Shown here: in pieces, positions 52,695 through 61,062 of the stretch
Layout of the letters: each line of letters begins with the position of its first letter
Position numbering within the stretch: position 1 is the stretch's first letter
Origin: Candidatus Merdicola faecigallinarum
GTDB lineage: Bacteria > Bacillota > Clostridia > TANB77 > CAG-508
Assembly (NCBI GenBank): GCA_018714565.1
Contig: DVNH01000027.1
Location: 1,009 to 65,008, forward strand
Direction: 5' to 3'
Length of the DNA stretch: 64,000 nucleotides
The notes under the pieces: model-generated
What the model saw: the letters and a program-made list of their open reading frames with translations, nothing else
What the model was told of the DNA's origin: nothing
Databases searched by the model: none
Position numbers and translations under genes: made by a program

Positions 52695-53933
52695 CTATTT
52701 TATTCTCCAATTTTTGATTCTTTCGATCGCTTTTATGGTATTTTCTTTTGTTCCAAAGGCAGTTAATCGAAAATATCCTTCCCCACTTGGTCCAAAACCA
52801 GAACCTGGAGTTCCTACTACTCCTACTTCTTCTAACAGTTTATCAAAGAACTCCCAAGAAGTAATTCCTTCTGGTACTTTTAACCATATATAAGGAGCAT
52901 TTTTTCCACCATATACTTCAAATCCAGCCTCTTGTAGTCCGTTTCGGATTAATTTTGCATTTTCCATATAATACTTAATATTTTCTTTTATTTCTTTTTG
53001 TCCTTCTTCAGAATAAATTGCCTCTGCTCCTCTTTGTGTAATATAAGAAACGCCATTAAACTTTGTACAATGTCTACGATTCCATAATTTATTTAATTCT
53101 ACTTCTTCTTCGTTTTCTGTATATCCTTTTAATTCCTTTGGAACTACAGTATAGGCACATCTAACGCCAGTAAATCCTGCTGTTTTAGAAAAACTACGAA
53201 ATTCAATTGCTACTTCTTTTGCTCCTTCAATTTCATATATACTATGTGGCACATTCTCTTCCGTAATAAAAACCTCATAAGCAGAATCAAATAGAATAAG
53301 AGATTTATTCTCTTTGGCATATTGAACCCATTTTGCTAATTCCTCCTTTGTAAGGATTGTTCCTGTTGGGTTATTTGGCAGACATAAATAAATCATATCT
53401 GGTACTTCTTTTGGAAATTCTGGTACAAAATTATTTTCTGCCGTACAAGGCATATAAATAATTCCTTCATAAGTTCCTTCTTTTTCTTTGTAGGCTCCAG
53501 TTCTACCTGCCATCACATTCGTATCTAAATAAACAGGATATACCGGATCTGTAATTGCTACTTTATTTTTAATTGATAAAATATCTCCAATATTTCCACA
53601 ATCACATTTTGCTCCGTCGGATAAAAATATTTCGTCCTCTTTTATATCGATCCCACGATTTTGATATTCAAATTCTACTATTTTTTTCCTTAAAAAATCA
53701 TAGCCTTGTTCTGGCCCATATCCATGAAATCCTTGTGGTGTTCCAATTTCGTCAATTGCTTTGTGCATTGCTTCTACTGCCGATTTTACAATTGGTCTTG
53801 TTACATCTCCTATTCCTAACTTAATAATTTCCTTTTCTGGATGTTTTTGTTGATAGCTGGCTATTTTCTTTGCTATCGTTGAAAATAAATAGCTATCCTG
53901 CATTTTTAAAAAATTTTCGTTTATTTTTATCAT
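52695..53933 (-). CDS. dapL: LL-diaminopimelate aminotransferase
   Basis: Class I aminotransferase with the PLP-Lys motif [12 protein letters not shown]. The N-terminus [20 protein letters not shown] is typical of DapL. It lies beside murE and dapF. Confidence 0.8.
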   Translation of the reverse strand: MIKINENFLKMQDSYLFSTIAKKIASYQQKHPEKEIIKLGIGDVTRPIVKSAVEAMHKAIDEIGTPQGFHGYGPEQGYDFLRKKIVEFEYQNRGIDIKEDEIFLSDGAKCDCGNIGDILSIKNKVAITDPVYPVYLDTNVMAGRTGAYKEKEGTYEGIIYMPCTAENNFVPEFPKEVPDMIYLCLPNNPTGTILTKEELAKWVQYAKENKSLILFDSAYEVFITEENVPHSIYEIEGAKEVAIEFRSFSKTAGFTGVRCAYTVVPKELKGYTENEEEVELNKLWNRRHCTKFNGVSYITQRGAEAIYSEEGQKEIKENIKYYMENAKLIRNGLQEAGFEVYGGKNAPYIWLKVPEGITSWEFFDKLLEEVGVVGTPGSGFGPSGEGYFRLTAFGTKENTIKAIERIKNWRIK

Positions 53934-54132
53934 ATTTTGCCTCCTAAGAGTTCTATCGTTATAGATCTTTCAAGTCTGAAAGTTCTTAATTCTTTTATAT
54001 TATTTCTATGTTTTCTTGTCAAGAGTATGTACAAAAAAAAGTGAAAAGTATATAATGCAAGTAAATTTAAATCTATATCGATTGAATTTTATTAAGTTCA
54101 TTTGATAATTAGAAAAATAAGGAGTGCATTTT

Positions 54133-55641
54133 ATGAAACTAAAAGACATATTCAAAAATATAGAAATAATAGAATATAAAGGAGATTTGGAAAAAGAGAT
54201 TAAAAATATTTCTTCTAACTCCAAAGAGATACAGGAAAATGATTTATTTTTTGCAATAAAAGGATATACTTTAGATGGTACTCAATTTATTCCTAACGCA
54301 ATTGAAAATGGAGCAACTGCAATCGCCGTTGATGAAACTTGCGATTTAAATTCTTTCGATATACCTAATGAAATCACATTCATTAAAATTAACCGTATTC
54401 GTTATCATCTAGCGATTGCTAGTGCTAATTTATATGGTCATCCATCTACCAAATTAAAATTAATTGGAGTAACAGGAACAAAAGGAAAAACAACTTCTAC
54501 TTACATGATTAAATCTATCTTAGAAAAACACAATTTTAAAGTTGGATTAATTGGAAGTATTGCAATTTATATTGGAGATGAAAAATTAGAAGATACCGAT
54601 AGAACAACTGCAGAAAGTTATAAAATTCAAAAAACATTGGCACAAATGGTAGATGAAAATGTAGAAATTGCAATTTTAGAAGTTTCTTCTCAAGCAATGA
54701 AATTAGATCGAGTAGTTGGCTGTCATTTTGATGAAGTATTATTTACTAATTTAACAGAAGATCACATCAGTCCTAGAGAACATAAAGATATGGAAGATTA
54801 TTTTAATGCTAAATTATCTTTAGTAAAAATGGCTCCATTCCTTGTAACGAATTTAGATAATGACTATACTTCCAGAATTCCAAATCTATTATCAGAAAAA
54901 GAAATTTTAACTTTTGGAATGGAACATTCTTCTGATATTATGGCAAAAGATTTAGAGTTAAGTAATATCGGTGTTCATTTTACTTTAGTAATGGATCAAA
55001 AAGAATATCCTGTATATGTTTCTATTCCAGGAAAATATATGGTATATAATTGTCTTGGAGCAATTGGTATTGCAAAAAAAATGGGTTGCACTATCTCTGA
55101 CATTCAGGAAGGATTAAAAAATATTAAAGTATTTGGACGAAGTGAAGTTGTTCCTAATAAATTAGGATTAAAAATATTAATTGATTATGCTCATACTCCT
55201 TCTAGTTTACAATCTATTCTAGAAACAGTAAAACCTTATACGAAAGGTCGTGTTATTTGTACCTGGGGAGTTGGTGGAGATCGTGATCGTAAAAAAAGAC
55301 CAATTATGGGTGAAATTTCTGGCAACTTAGCCGATCTTACCATTTTAACTTCTGATCAAGTTCGTACAGAAGAACCAGAACAAATTTTAAATGAAATTGA
55401 AGTTGGATTAAAAAGATCAGGTGGTAATTATGTAAAAATATTAAATCGAACAGAAGCAATTCGATATGCATTATCGATTGCAACTACAGATGATATTATC
55501 GTTCTTCCTGGTCTTGGAAGCGATTTATATATTGAATATATGCATGTAAAATATCCATACAACGAAAGAACTGTAATTCATGATACCATCGAAGACATGA
55601 TCGCTTCTGGCAAAAGAAATCCAATAGGAAATAACTTTTAA
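54133..55641 (+). CDS. murE: UDP-N-acetylmuramoyl-L-alanyl-D-glutamate--2,6-diaminopimelate ligase
   Basis: Mur ligase P-loop GVTGTKGKTT and the DNPR-like region. ATG 54133 follows AAGGAG. Confidence 0.9.
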   Translation: MKLKDIFKNIEIIEYKGDLEKEIKNISSNSKEIQENDLFFAIKGYTLDGTQFIPNAIENGATAIAVDETCDLNSFDIPNEITFIKINRIRYHLAIASANLYGHPSTKLKLIGVTGTKGKTTSTYMIKSILEKHNFKVGLIGSIAIYIGDEKLEDTDRTTAESYKIQKTLAQMVDENVEIAILEVSSQAMKLDRVVGCHFDEVLFTNLTEDHISPREHKDMEDYFNAKLSLVKMAPFLVTNLDNDYTSRIPNLLSEKEILTFGMEHSSDIMAKDLELSNIGVHFTLVMDQKEYPVYVSIPGKYMVYNCLGAIGIAKKMGCTISDIQEGLKNIKVFGRSEVVPNKLGLKILIDYAHTPSSLQSILETVKPYTKGRVICTWGVGGDRDRKKRPIMGEISGNLADLTILTSDQVRTEEPEQILNEIEVGLKRSGGNYVKILNRTEAIRYALSIATTDDIIVLPGLGSDLYIEYMHVKYPYNERTVIHDTIEDMIASGKRNPIGNNF

Positions 55642-55702
55642 AGCCTATTTATTTTATCTAGAAAACAGGAAGATTCATTTTCTTCCTGTTTTCTTCGTCC
55701 GT

Positions 55703-56545
55703 CTATACTTCAATTTTTCCTTCAAATACATAATTTGCAATTCCTTTCATTTTCACATGCTTACTTTTCTCTTCGCAAGAAATTTTTAATTCTCCTCCTT
55801 TTAATAGTACCGTTACTTCCGCATCACAAAAATTATTTAAATATCCTGCCACGACTGCCGCACAAGCACCTGTTCCACAAGCATATGTTTCTCCTACCCC
55901 TCTTTCCCACACTCTTAATTTTATTGTTTTTCTTCCTAATATTTGAACAAATTCTACATTAATATGATTTGGAAAAATTTCTAAATTCTCTATCAGCGAA
56001 CCATATTTTTTAACATCTACTTTCTCTACATTATCTACAAAGAAAATAATATGTGGATTTCCCATCGAAATCCCATATCCTATCATCTCTTTTTCTTGAA
56101 TTTTCAATTTAACAATTTTTCCTCCCCCTGTTTCTTTCCCTTCTTTTATATTTTCACTATCATTTAATTTTGGTTTTCCCATATCCACTTCGATTTCGTC
56201 AAAAGGTAATCCACATCTTACTTTTCGAATTCCTGATTTTGTTTCTACTAGCATTTCATCCCTATTGAAAATCTGATACTTTTGCACATATTTTGCAAAG
56301 CAACGAATCCCATTTCCGCACATCTCTGCTTCTGTTCCATCCGCATTATAAATTTGCATTCGAATATCGGCTATCTTACTTTCCTTTACTAAAATAACTC
56401 CATCTGCTCCTACTCCAAAATGTCGATTACATAAATATCGAACCACTTCTCCTATCTTATCTTTTATCATCCTATAATTACTTCCTAAACAATTAATACA
56501 AATATAATCATTTCCAAGACCATGCATTTTTGAAAAAGTAATCAT
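55703..56545 (-). CDS. dapF: Diaminopimelate epimerase
   Basis: Motifs FSKMHGLGNDY, MCGNGIRC and ACGTGACAAV (the two catalytic Cys). Confidence 0.9.
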   Translation of the reverse strand: MITFSKMHGLGNDYICINCLGSNYRMIKDKIGEVVRYLCNRHFGVGADGVILVKESKIADIRMQIYNADGTEAEMCGNGIRCFAKYVQKYQIFNRDEMLVETKSGIRKVRCGLPFDEIEVDMGKPKLNDSENIKEGKETGGGKIVKLKIQEKEMIGYGISMGNPHIIFFVDNVEKVDVKKYGSLIENLEIFPNHINVEFVQILGRKTIKLRVWERGVGETYACGTGACAAVVAGYLNNFCDAEVTVLLKGGELKISCEEKSKHVKMKGIANYVFEGKIEV

Positions 56546-56748
56546 TTTTATCCTCCTATATCTCCACTCAAAATTTTATTTTGTATTCTCTTTTTAACTT
56601 ATATATATTATTATTCTTTCTTCATTATATGAATTACCTGTTTATTTCATAACCGTAGAAATTCTATTTTTTCTTTGTTTTTTTATATAATTTGTGCTAA
56701 AATGCTATTGTAGTCACTGTTGTGTAATATATATGAAAGGAGATATCC

Positions 56749-57156
56749 ATGAAGAAAGCATTTATGTCATTAAAATTTCATGATGGCGAAGAAGACAAAA
56801 AGAAAATTGACGATTTAACAGAAGCTCTTCTAAATGCAGGAATCCAAAATGTCGTAATGGCTCGTGATGTAGAAAAATACGGCGAAGCTGTATTACCGGA
56901 AGGTACAAAACTGATGCCGGATTATGCATTTCCTGCAATGAGAGAGTGTGACATGTTAATTGTCGAATTTTCTGAAAAAGGCGTTGGCTTAGGAATTGGA
57001 GCAGGATATGCTTATGCAATTGGCCTTCCTATTTATGTTATCGCAAAAACAGGAAGCGACATTTCCTTAACCATGAGTAATTTAGCAAAAGAAGTCATTT
57101 TTTACGACTCCGTAGATGAACTTACAGAAAAATTTAGGAGGATTGAAACCCAATGA
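56749..57156 (+). CDS. Nucleoside 2-deoxyribosyltransferase-like protein
   Basis: 135 aa. The pattern CDMLIVEFSEKGVGLGIGAGYAYAIGLPIYVI resembles the deoxyribosyltransferase/DNPH1-like fold. It is locally GC-richer than the surroundings. Confidence 0.5.
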   Translation: MKKAFMSLKFHDGEEDKKKIDDLTEALLNAGIQNVVMARDVEKYGEAVLPEGTKLMPDYAFPAMRECDMLIVEFSEKGVGLGIGAGYAYAIGLPIYVIAKTGSDISLTMSNLAKEVIFYDSVDELTEKFRRIETQ

Positions 57157-57728
57157 TTCATGTACTTTTAGCATCCAAATCTGCCTTCAGAAAGCAGATG
57201 TTAGAAAGGGAACATATTCCCTTTCATATTTTCGTCAGTGATGCGGACGAAACACCGAATCCATCCAAAAGTTTTGAAGGACAACTAAAAGAAATCTCTA
57301 TGAGAAAAGCTCAGATTGTCTTCAAAAAAACGATCGATTTAGGAGAAAGAGTTATTGTTGCGGCTGACCAAAACATTGTCTTTGAAAATGTAATGTACGG
57401 AAAACCAAAAACTTTAGAGGAAGCCCGAGACTTAATTGTCCGCATGCAAGGACACAATGATATCTATGCCTATGTAGGAAATTCATTGATCTATGCTAAC
57501 GGGGCACATATTCTAAAAACAATAAACAATTGCGATATCGCTAAAATGCGTATGGATCATTTCTCAAAAGAGGAACTGGAAGAGTATCTTTCTACCAAGA
57601 AACCATTAACAAAATGTGGAGGAATTCATATTTCTGATACTCCATCTCTTTCTCTAGAAGAAGGAAAAATGTCTACTGCCTATGGAATGACAATTGAATA
57701 CTTAAAGGATTTACTATCTTCTTTATAA
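57153..57728 (+). CDS. maf: Maf-like nucleoside-triphosphate pyrophosphatase
   Basis: The N-terminus LASKSAFRKQMLEREHIPFHIFVSDADE and overall length fit Maf. Its start overlaps the upstream stop (ATGA). Confidence 0.8.
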   Translation: MIHVLLASKSAFRKQMLEREHIPFHIFVSDADETPNPSKSFEGQLKEISMRKAQIVFKKTIDLGERVIVAADQNIVFENVMYGKPKTLEEARDLIVRMQGHNDIYAYVGNSLIYANGAHILKTINNCDIAKMRMDHFSKEELEEYLSTKKPLTKCGGIHISDTPSLSLEEGKMSTAYGMTIEYLKDLLSSL

Positions 57729-57774
57729 TCATCAAAATATTACAAGAGAATTTATGATTTTAAATCTAACAGCG

Positions 57775-57812
57775 GAAGGGACGCTTACAATTCAGTAGGC
57801 GTCCCTTTTCTT
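57775..57812 (+). terminator. Terminator after maf
   Basis: GC-rich hairpin GAAGGGACGC / GCGTCCCTT followed by TTCTTC. Confidence 0.65.
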
Positions 57813-57938
57813 CATTCTTCAGCATTTACGATCTTCTGCTTGTCCTTCACAACAATATTCCAACTTCGACTCTATTATATTAGTTAGGGGATAAAAACTT
57901 TCTCTATTGACTTGGAATCACTAGCTTTAAATTTAAAA

Positions 57939-57966
57939 CAAAAAAATCGACCTATCACAGTCGATT
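57939..57966 (-). terminator. Terminator of the tRNA operon
   Basis: Hairpin AATCGAC / GTCGATT followed by a 7-nt T-run on the minus strand, 37 nt after tRNA-Phe. Confidence 0.65.
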
Positions 57967-58002
57967 TAATCTTTTTTCGTCTAATATGACGATTATGTGT
58001 TT

Positions 58003-58078
58003 TGGTGCCTCGAACGGGAATCGAACCAGTGACACAGGGATTTTCAGTCCCTTGCTCTACCAACTGAGCTATCGAGGC
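58003..58078 (-). tRNA. tRNA-Phe (anticodon GAA), CCA encoded
   Basis: Minus strand GCCTCGATAGCTCAGTTGGTAGAGCAAGGGACTGAAAATCCCTGTGTCACTGGTTCGATTCCCGTTCGAGGCACCA. It folds as a cloverleaf with anticodon loop CUGAAAA. Confidence 0.95.
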
Positions 58079-58120
58079 TTATTTAATTAATAAATTTTGA
58101 ATAGCTTCATCGTATTTATA

Positions 58121-58233
58121 TAAGAAAAGTGGCTTCGCCACATGTACAGATTGCTTCGCAATCGCACAGACTTAGGTAACTTAACCTTGTTACTCTAGAA
58201 ATTTCTGACGAAATTTCCTACGTAATAAAAAAA
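58121..58233 (+). repeat. Dispersed multi-hairpin repeat, copy E, inside the tRNA operon
   Basis: A full copy lies between tRNA-Asp and tRNA-Phe. On the minus strand it begins immediately after the CCA end of tRNA-Asp. Confidence 0.85.
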
Positions 58234-58310
58234 TGGCGACCTGGAACGGGCTCGAACCGTCGACCTCTAGCGTGACAGGCTAGCGTTCTAACCAACTGAA
58301 CTACCAGGCC
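58234..58310 (-). tRNA. tRNA-Asp (anticodon GUC), CCA encoded
   Basis: Minus strand GGCCTGGTAGTTCAGTTGGTTAGAACGCTAGCCTGTCACGCTAGAGGTCGACGGTTCGAGCCCGTTCCAGGTCGCCA. Anticodon loop CUGUCAC. Confidence 0.95.
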
Positions 58311-58321
58311 GTAAAGAAAAA

Positions 58322-58397
58322 TGGTGGTCGCTATAGGGCTCGAACCTATGACCCCCTGCTTGTAAGGCAGATGCTCTCCCAGCTGAGCTAAGCGACC
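58322..58397 (-). tRNA. tRNA-Val (anticodon UAC), CCA encoded
   Basis: Minus strand GGTCGCTTAGCTCAGCTGGGAGAGCATCTGCCTTACAAGCAGGGGGTCATAGGTTCGAGCCCTATAGCGACCACCA. Anticodon loop CUUACAA. Confidence 0.95.
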
Positions 58398-58417
58398 TTG
58401 TTCTTTCGACGAGTTTT

Positions 58418-58446
58418 ATTTTACTAAATTTTGGTCTATCTGTCAA
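58418..58446 (-). promoter_or_regulatory. SigA-type promoter of the tRNA operon
   Basis: Minus strand TTGACA, a 17-nt spacer, then TAAAAT, about 20 nt upstream of tRNA-Val. Confidence 0.6.
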
Positions 58447-58590
58447 TACTTATTTTAAATTTTTTTTATTTTTTATTATTTCTTCTAAAATTTATCCTTA
58501 TATATCATATCAGAAGCCTATAAATATATAGTATTCTACAGTATATTATGTTTTATTTTTTATATAAAAATTTACATTTAACTAAACCAA

Positions 58591-58702
58591 TAAGAAAAGC
58601 GGCTTCGGCACATGTACAGATTGCTTCGCAATCGCACGAAGTAAAGAAACTTAACCTTGTTACTTCAGAAATTTTTGACAAAATTTCCTACGTAATAAAA
58701 AA
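58591..58702 (+). repeat. Dispersed multi-hairpin repeat, copy F
   Basis: A divergent copy. The last hairpin is GAAATTTT / AAAATTTC instead of GAAATTTC / GAAATTTC, a compensatory C:G to T:A change. Confidence 0.85.
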
Positions 58703-58728
58703 GAATATAGCTGTTACACTATATTCTT
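58701..58728 (-). terminator. Terminator after hup
   Basis: Hairpin AAGAATATAG / CTATATTCTT. The minus-strand T-run is the first bases of repeat copy F. Confidence 0.6.
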
Positions 58729-58766
58729 AATATGAATTCATATACAATCTATATTTCAATTCCTGA

Positions 58767-59045
58767 CTAGTTTTTATTTACTAAATCTTTTAAAGCTTTA
58801 CCAGCTTTGAATACTGGAGCTTTTGAAGCAGGTATTTTAATTTCTTCTTTTGTTTGTGGATTTCTTCCTTTTCTAGCTGCTCTTTTTCTTACTTCGAAAG
58901 ATCCAAATCCAACTAATTGAACTTTATCTCCTTCTACTAATGCTTCTGTAATTACATCTACAAATGCATTAACTGCTGCTTCAGCACCTTTTTTTGTTTC
59001 TCCTGTTTTTGCAGCTATTGCTGCGATTAAATCAGCTTTGTTCAT
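58767..59045 (-). CDS. hup: DNA-binding protein HU
   Basis: 92 aa: [11 protein letters not shown]...[24 protein letters not shown]...KAGKALKD. Confidence 0.95.
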   Translation of the reverse strand: MNKADLIAAIAAKTGETKKGAEAAVNAFVDVITEALVEGDKVQLVGFGSFEVRKRAARKGRNPQTKEEIKIPASKAPVFKAGKALKDLVNKN

Positions 59046-59200
59046 AACTATTTTACCTCCTATAAGATTGTTTATGTAGTGCTTACATGCCTACTATTTA
59101 AGATTATTCGCCAATTTTTGATAAAATCCTTCTTTTTTTCTTTATTTTTTTATCAATCCTTTTTCCCTCTAAGGAATTATGCTTTTTCATTTTCTTTCTT

Positions 59201-60847
59201 CTATTTTGCATGTTTTGCTTCTCTATATATACCAAGCTTTTCAAGGATTTTATATATTTTTTGTCCATAAGGAATCATATATATATCTTCTTTGTTTAAT
59301 ATTCTTAACGCAAGGATCGATAAACCATATATAACTACTGCGACAATCATTGCTATTATTGTTGCCAGTCTTTCTATTATTATTCCTTTTAAAACAATGT
59401 AAATAAAATAAGAACAAACTGACATGATAATCGTTGCCATTAAAGGCTTTAATACAAATTTTTTAAATGTTAAATTTAATTTAACGTTCTTTCTAAGTAC
59501 ATTAAAGGCAATTGTAAAAGCTACCATATGACATGCTACAGATCCAATTGCTGCTCCATTTGCTCCAAATGCTGGTATCGGCACTAAAATTAAATTAACG
59601 ATTAATTTTGTTAACATACCAAACCCTAAAGATGTAGCAGGAATCATTATTTTTCCAATTCCTTGCAATGTTCCGTTAATGGTTTGGTCTAAAATAGTAA
59701 AAATAATTGTAAGTGATGAAATCTGTAATATAGTTGTACCATTTGTTGCATTTGGGAATAATAAATTTAAAATTGGACCTGCAAAAATTAACATTCCTGC
59801 AGTGCATGGAAGTCCAATTAACATACTTGCCAATAACGAAAAAGAAGTTCTTTTGGTTATCGTTTCTTGGTCTCCTTTCATCCTTGCTGCAGATATTGCC
59901 GGTACTAATGCTGTCGCAAAAGCAATATTAATTGCAAGAGGAAGAGAAGTTAATGTATCTACTTTTCCACTTAAAATTCCATATTGTGCTTTTGCATCTG
60001 CTTCTGACATAAATGTTTTTAAATTTCTAACAACAGTAAAGGAATCTATATTTTTATTAAAAGAAGACATGATAGAGCTTAATGACATTGGAATTGAAAC
60101 ATGTAAAATATTTTTTACAATTGTTTTCACATTTTGATATCGATAATTAACCGATTTTTTGATTTCTCTTCCAATTTGTCTTCCTTGTCTTTTGTAATAA
60201 GTGAACAAATACATAAAACTTAGAAAGATAGATAGTGTAGTTGCAATATTAGCTCCAGCAGCCATCCAAACAGTATTTCCACTTGTCATTGTAAAAATTA
60301 ACTCTACAATCATAATGGTGAAGACAGTTTTAAATACTTGTTCTAAAGATTGTGATCTTGCAGTTACTTTCATCGAAGATCTTCCATTAAAATATCCTCG
60401 AATAACGGATGCTGTAGATACAAAAAATACAGCTGGTGATAATGCTACTAATGTATATTTTGATTCTGGTATTTGTAACCATACATTTGCAATAACATCT
60501 GCTCCCAAAAATAAGAGTAACGTTCCTACTAGACCAATTACAGAAAAGGTTGCAAAAGCAATTTTAAAAATACGATGTGCTCCTTTATGATCTCCCAGAG
60601 CAGTTCTTTCTGCCACTAATTTTGCAATCGCATTTGGAACACCTATGGAAGATAGTGTAAGTAACATTGCATAAATTTGATATGCTCCTAAATAAATAGC
60701 ATTTCCAGTATCTCCAAATCCTTCTTTATTGGTAAGATATAATGTATAAACTAATCCTAATAATTTGATTAAAACTTGCGAAAACATTAATGAGACAACT
60801 GCCTGCATAAAGCTTTCTTTTTTCTCTTTTTTGGTTCCTCTTGGCAT
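59201..60847 (-). CDS. MOP-superfamily flippase (SpoVB/MurJ-like polysaccharide biosynthesis protein)
   Basis: 548 aa with about 14 predicted TM helices. The pattern is typical of the polysaccharide biosynthesis / SpoVB family. Confidence 0.75.
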   Translation of the reverse strand: MPRGTKKEKKESFMQAVVSLMFSQVLIKLLGLVYTLYLTNKEGFGDTGNAIYLGAYQIYAMLLTLSSIGVPNAIAKLVAERTALGDHKGAHRIFKIAFATFSVIGLVGTLLLFLGADVIANVWLQIPESKYTLVALSPAVFFVSTASVIRGYFNGRSSMKVTARSQSLEQVFKTVFTIMIVELIFTMTSGNTVWMAAGANIATTLSIFLSFMYLFTYYKRQGRQIGREIKKSVNYRYQNVKTIVKNILHVSIPMSLSSIMSSFNKNIDSFTVVRNLKTFMSEADAKAQYGILSGKVDTLTSLPLAINIAFATALVPAISAARMKGDQETITKRTSFSLLASMLIGLPCTAGMLIFAGPILNLLFPNATNGTTILQISSLTIIFTILDQTINGTLQGIGKIMIPATSLGFGMLTKLIVNLILVPIPAFGANGAAIGSVACHMVAFTIAFNVLRKNVKLNLTFKKFVLKPLMATIIMSVCSYFIYIVLKGIIIERLATIIAMIVAVVIYGLSILALRILNKEDIYMIPYGQKIYKILEKLGIYREAKHAK

Positions 60848-61062
60848 ATTTACTCCTCTCTTTATACTATCATATTACCATGAATCTTATTATATTAATA
60901 ATATAAATAACATTCAATACTAGAAATAAAAAAATATTAAATCTTATCCCTATGCAAAGAGTCATATTTTGATATTTTTCCCTGAAAACTCTTGTTTTTT
61001 TAGCTATTTTATAGGATAATATATATGTATATTATTATTTAATTGAAAGTGGTGGAAACATT

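Noticed and set aside
53934-54132. A possible lysine (L-box) riboswitch in the divergent dapL / murE promoter region.
   Set aside because: The gap is only about 200 bp and is shared by two promoters. I could not find the conserved L-box helices or a terminator/antiterminator pair.
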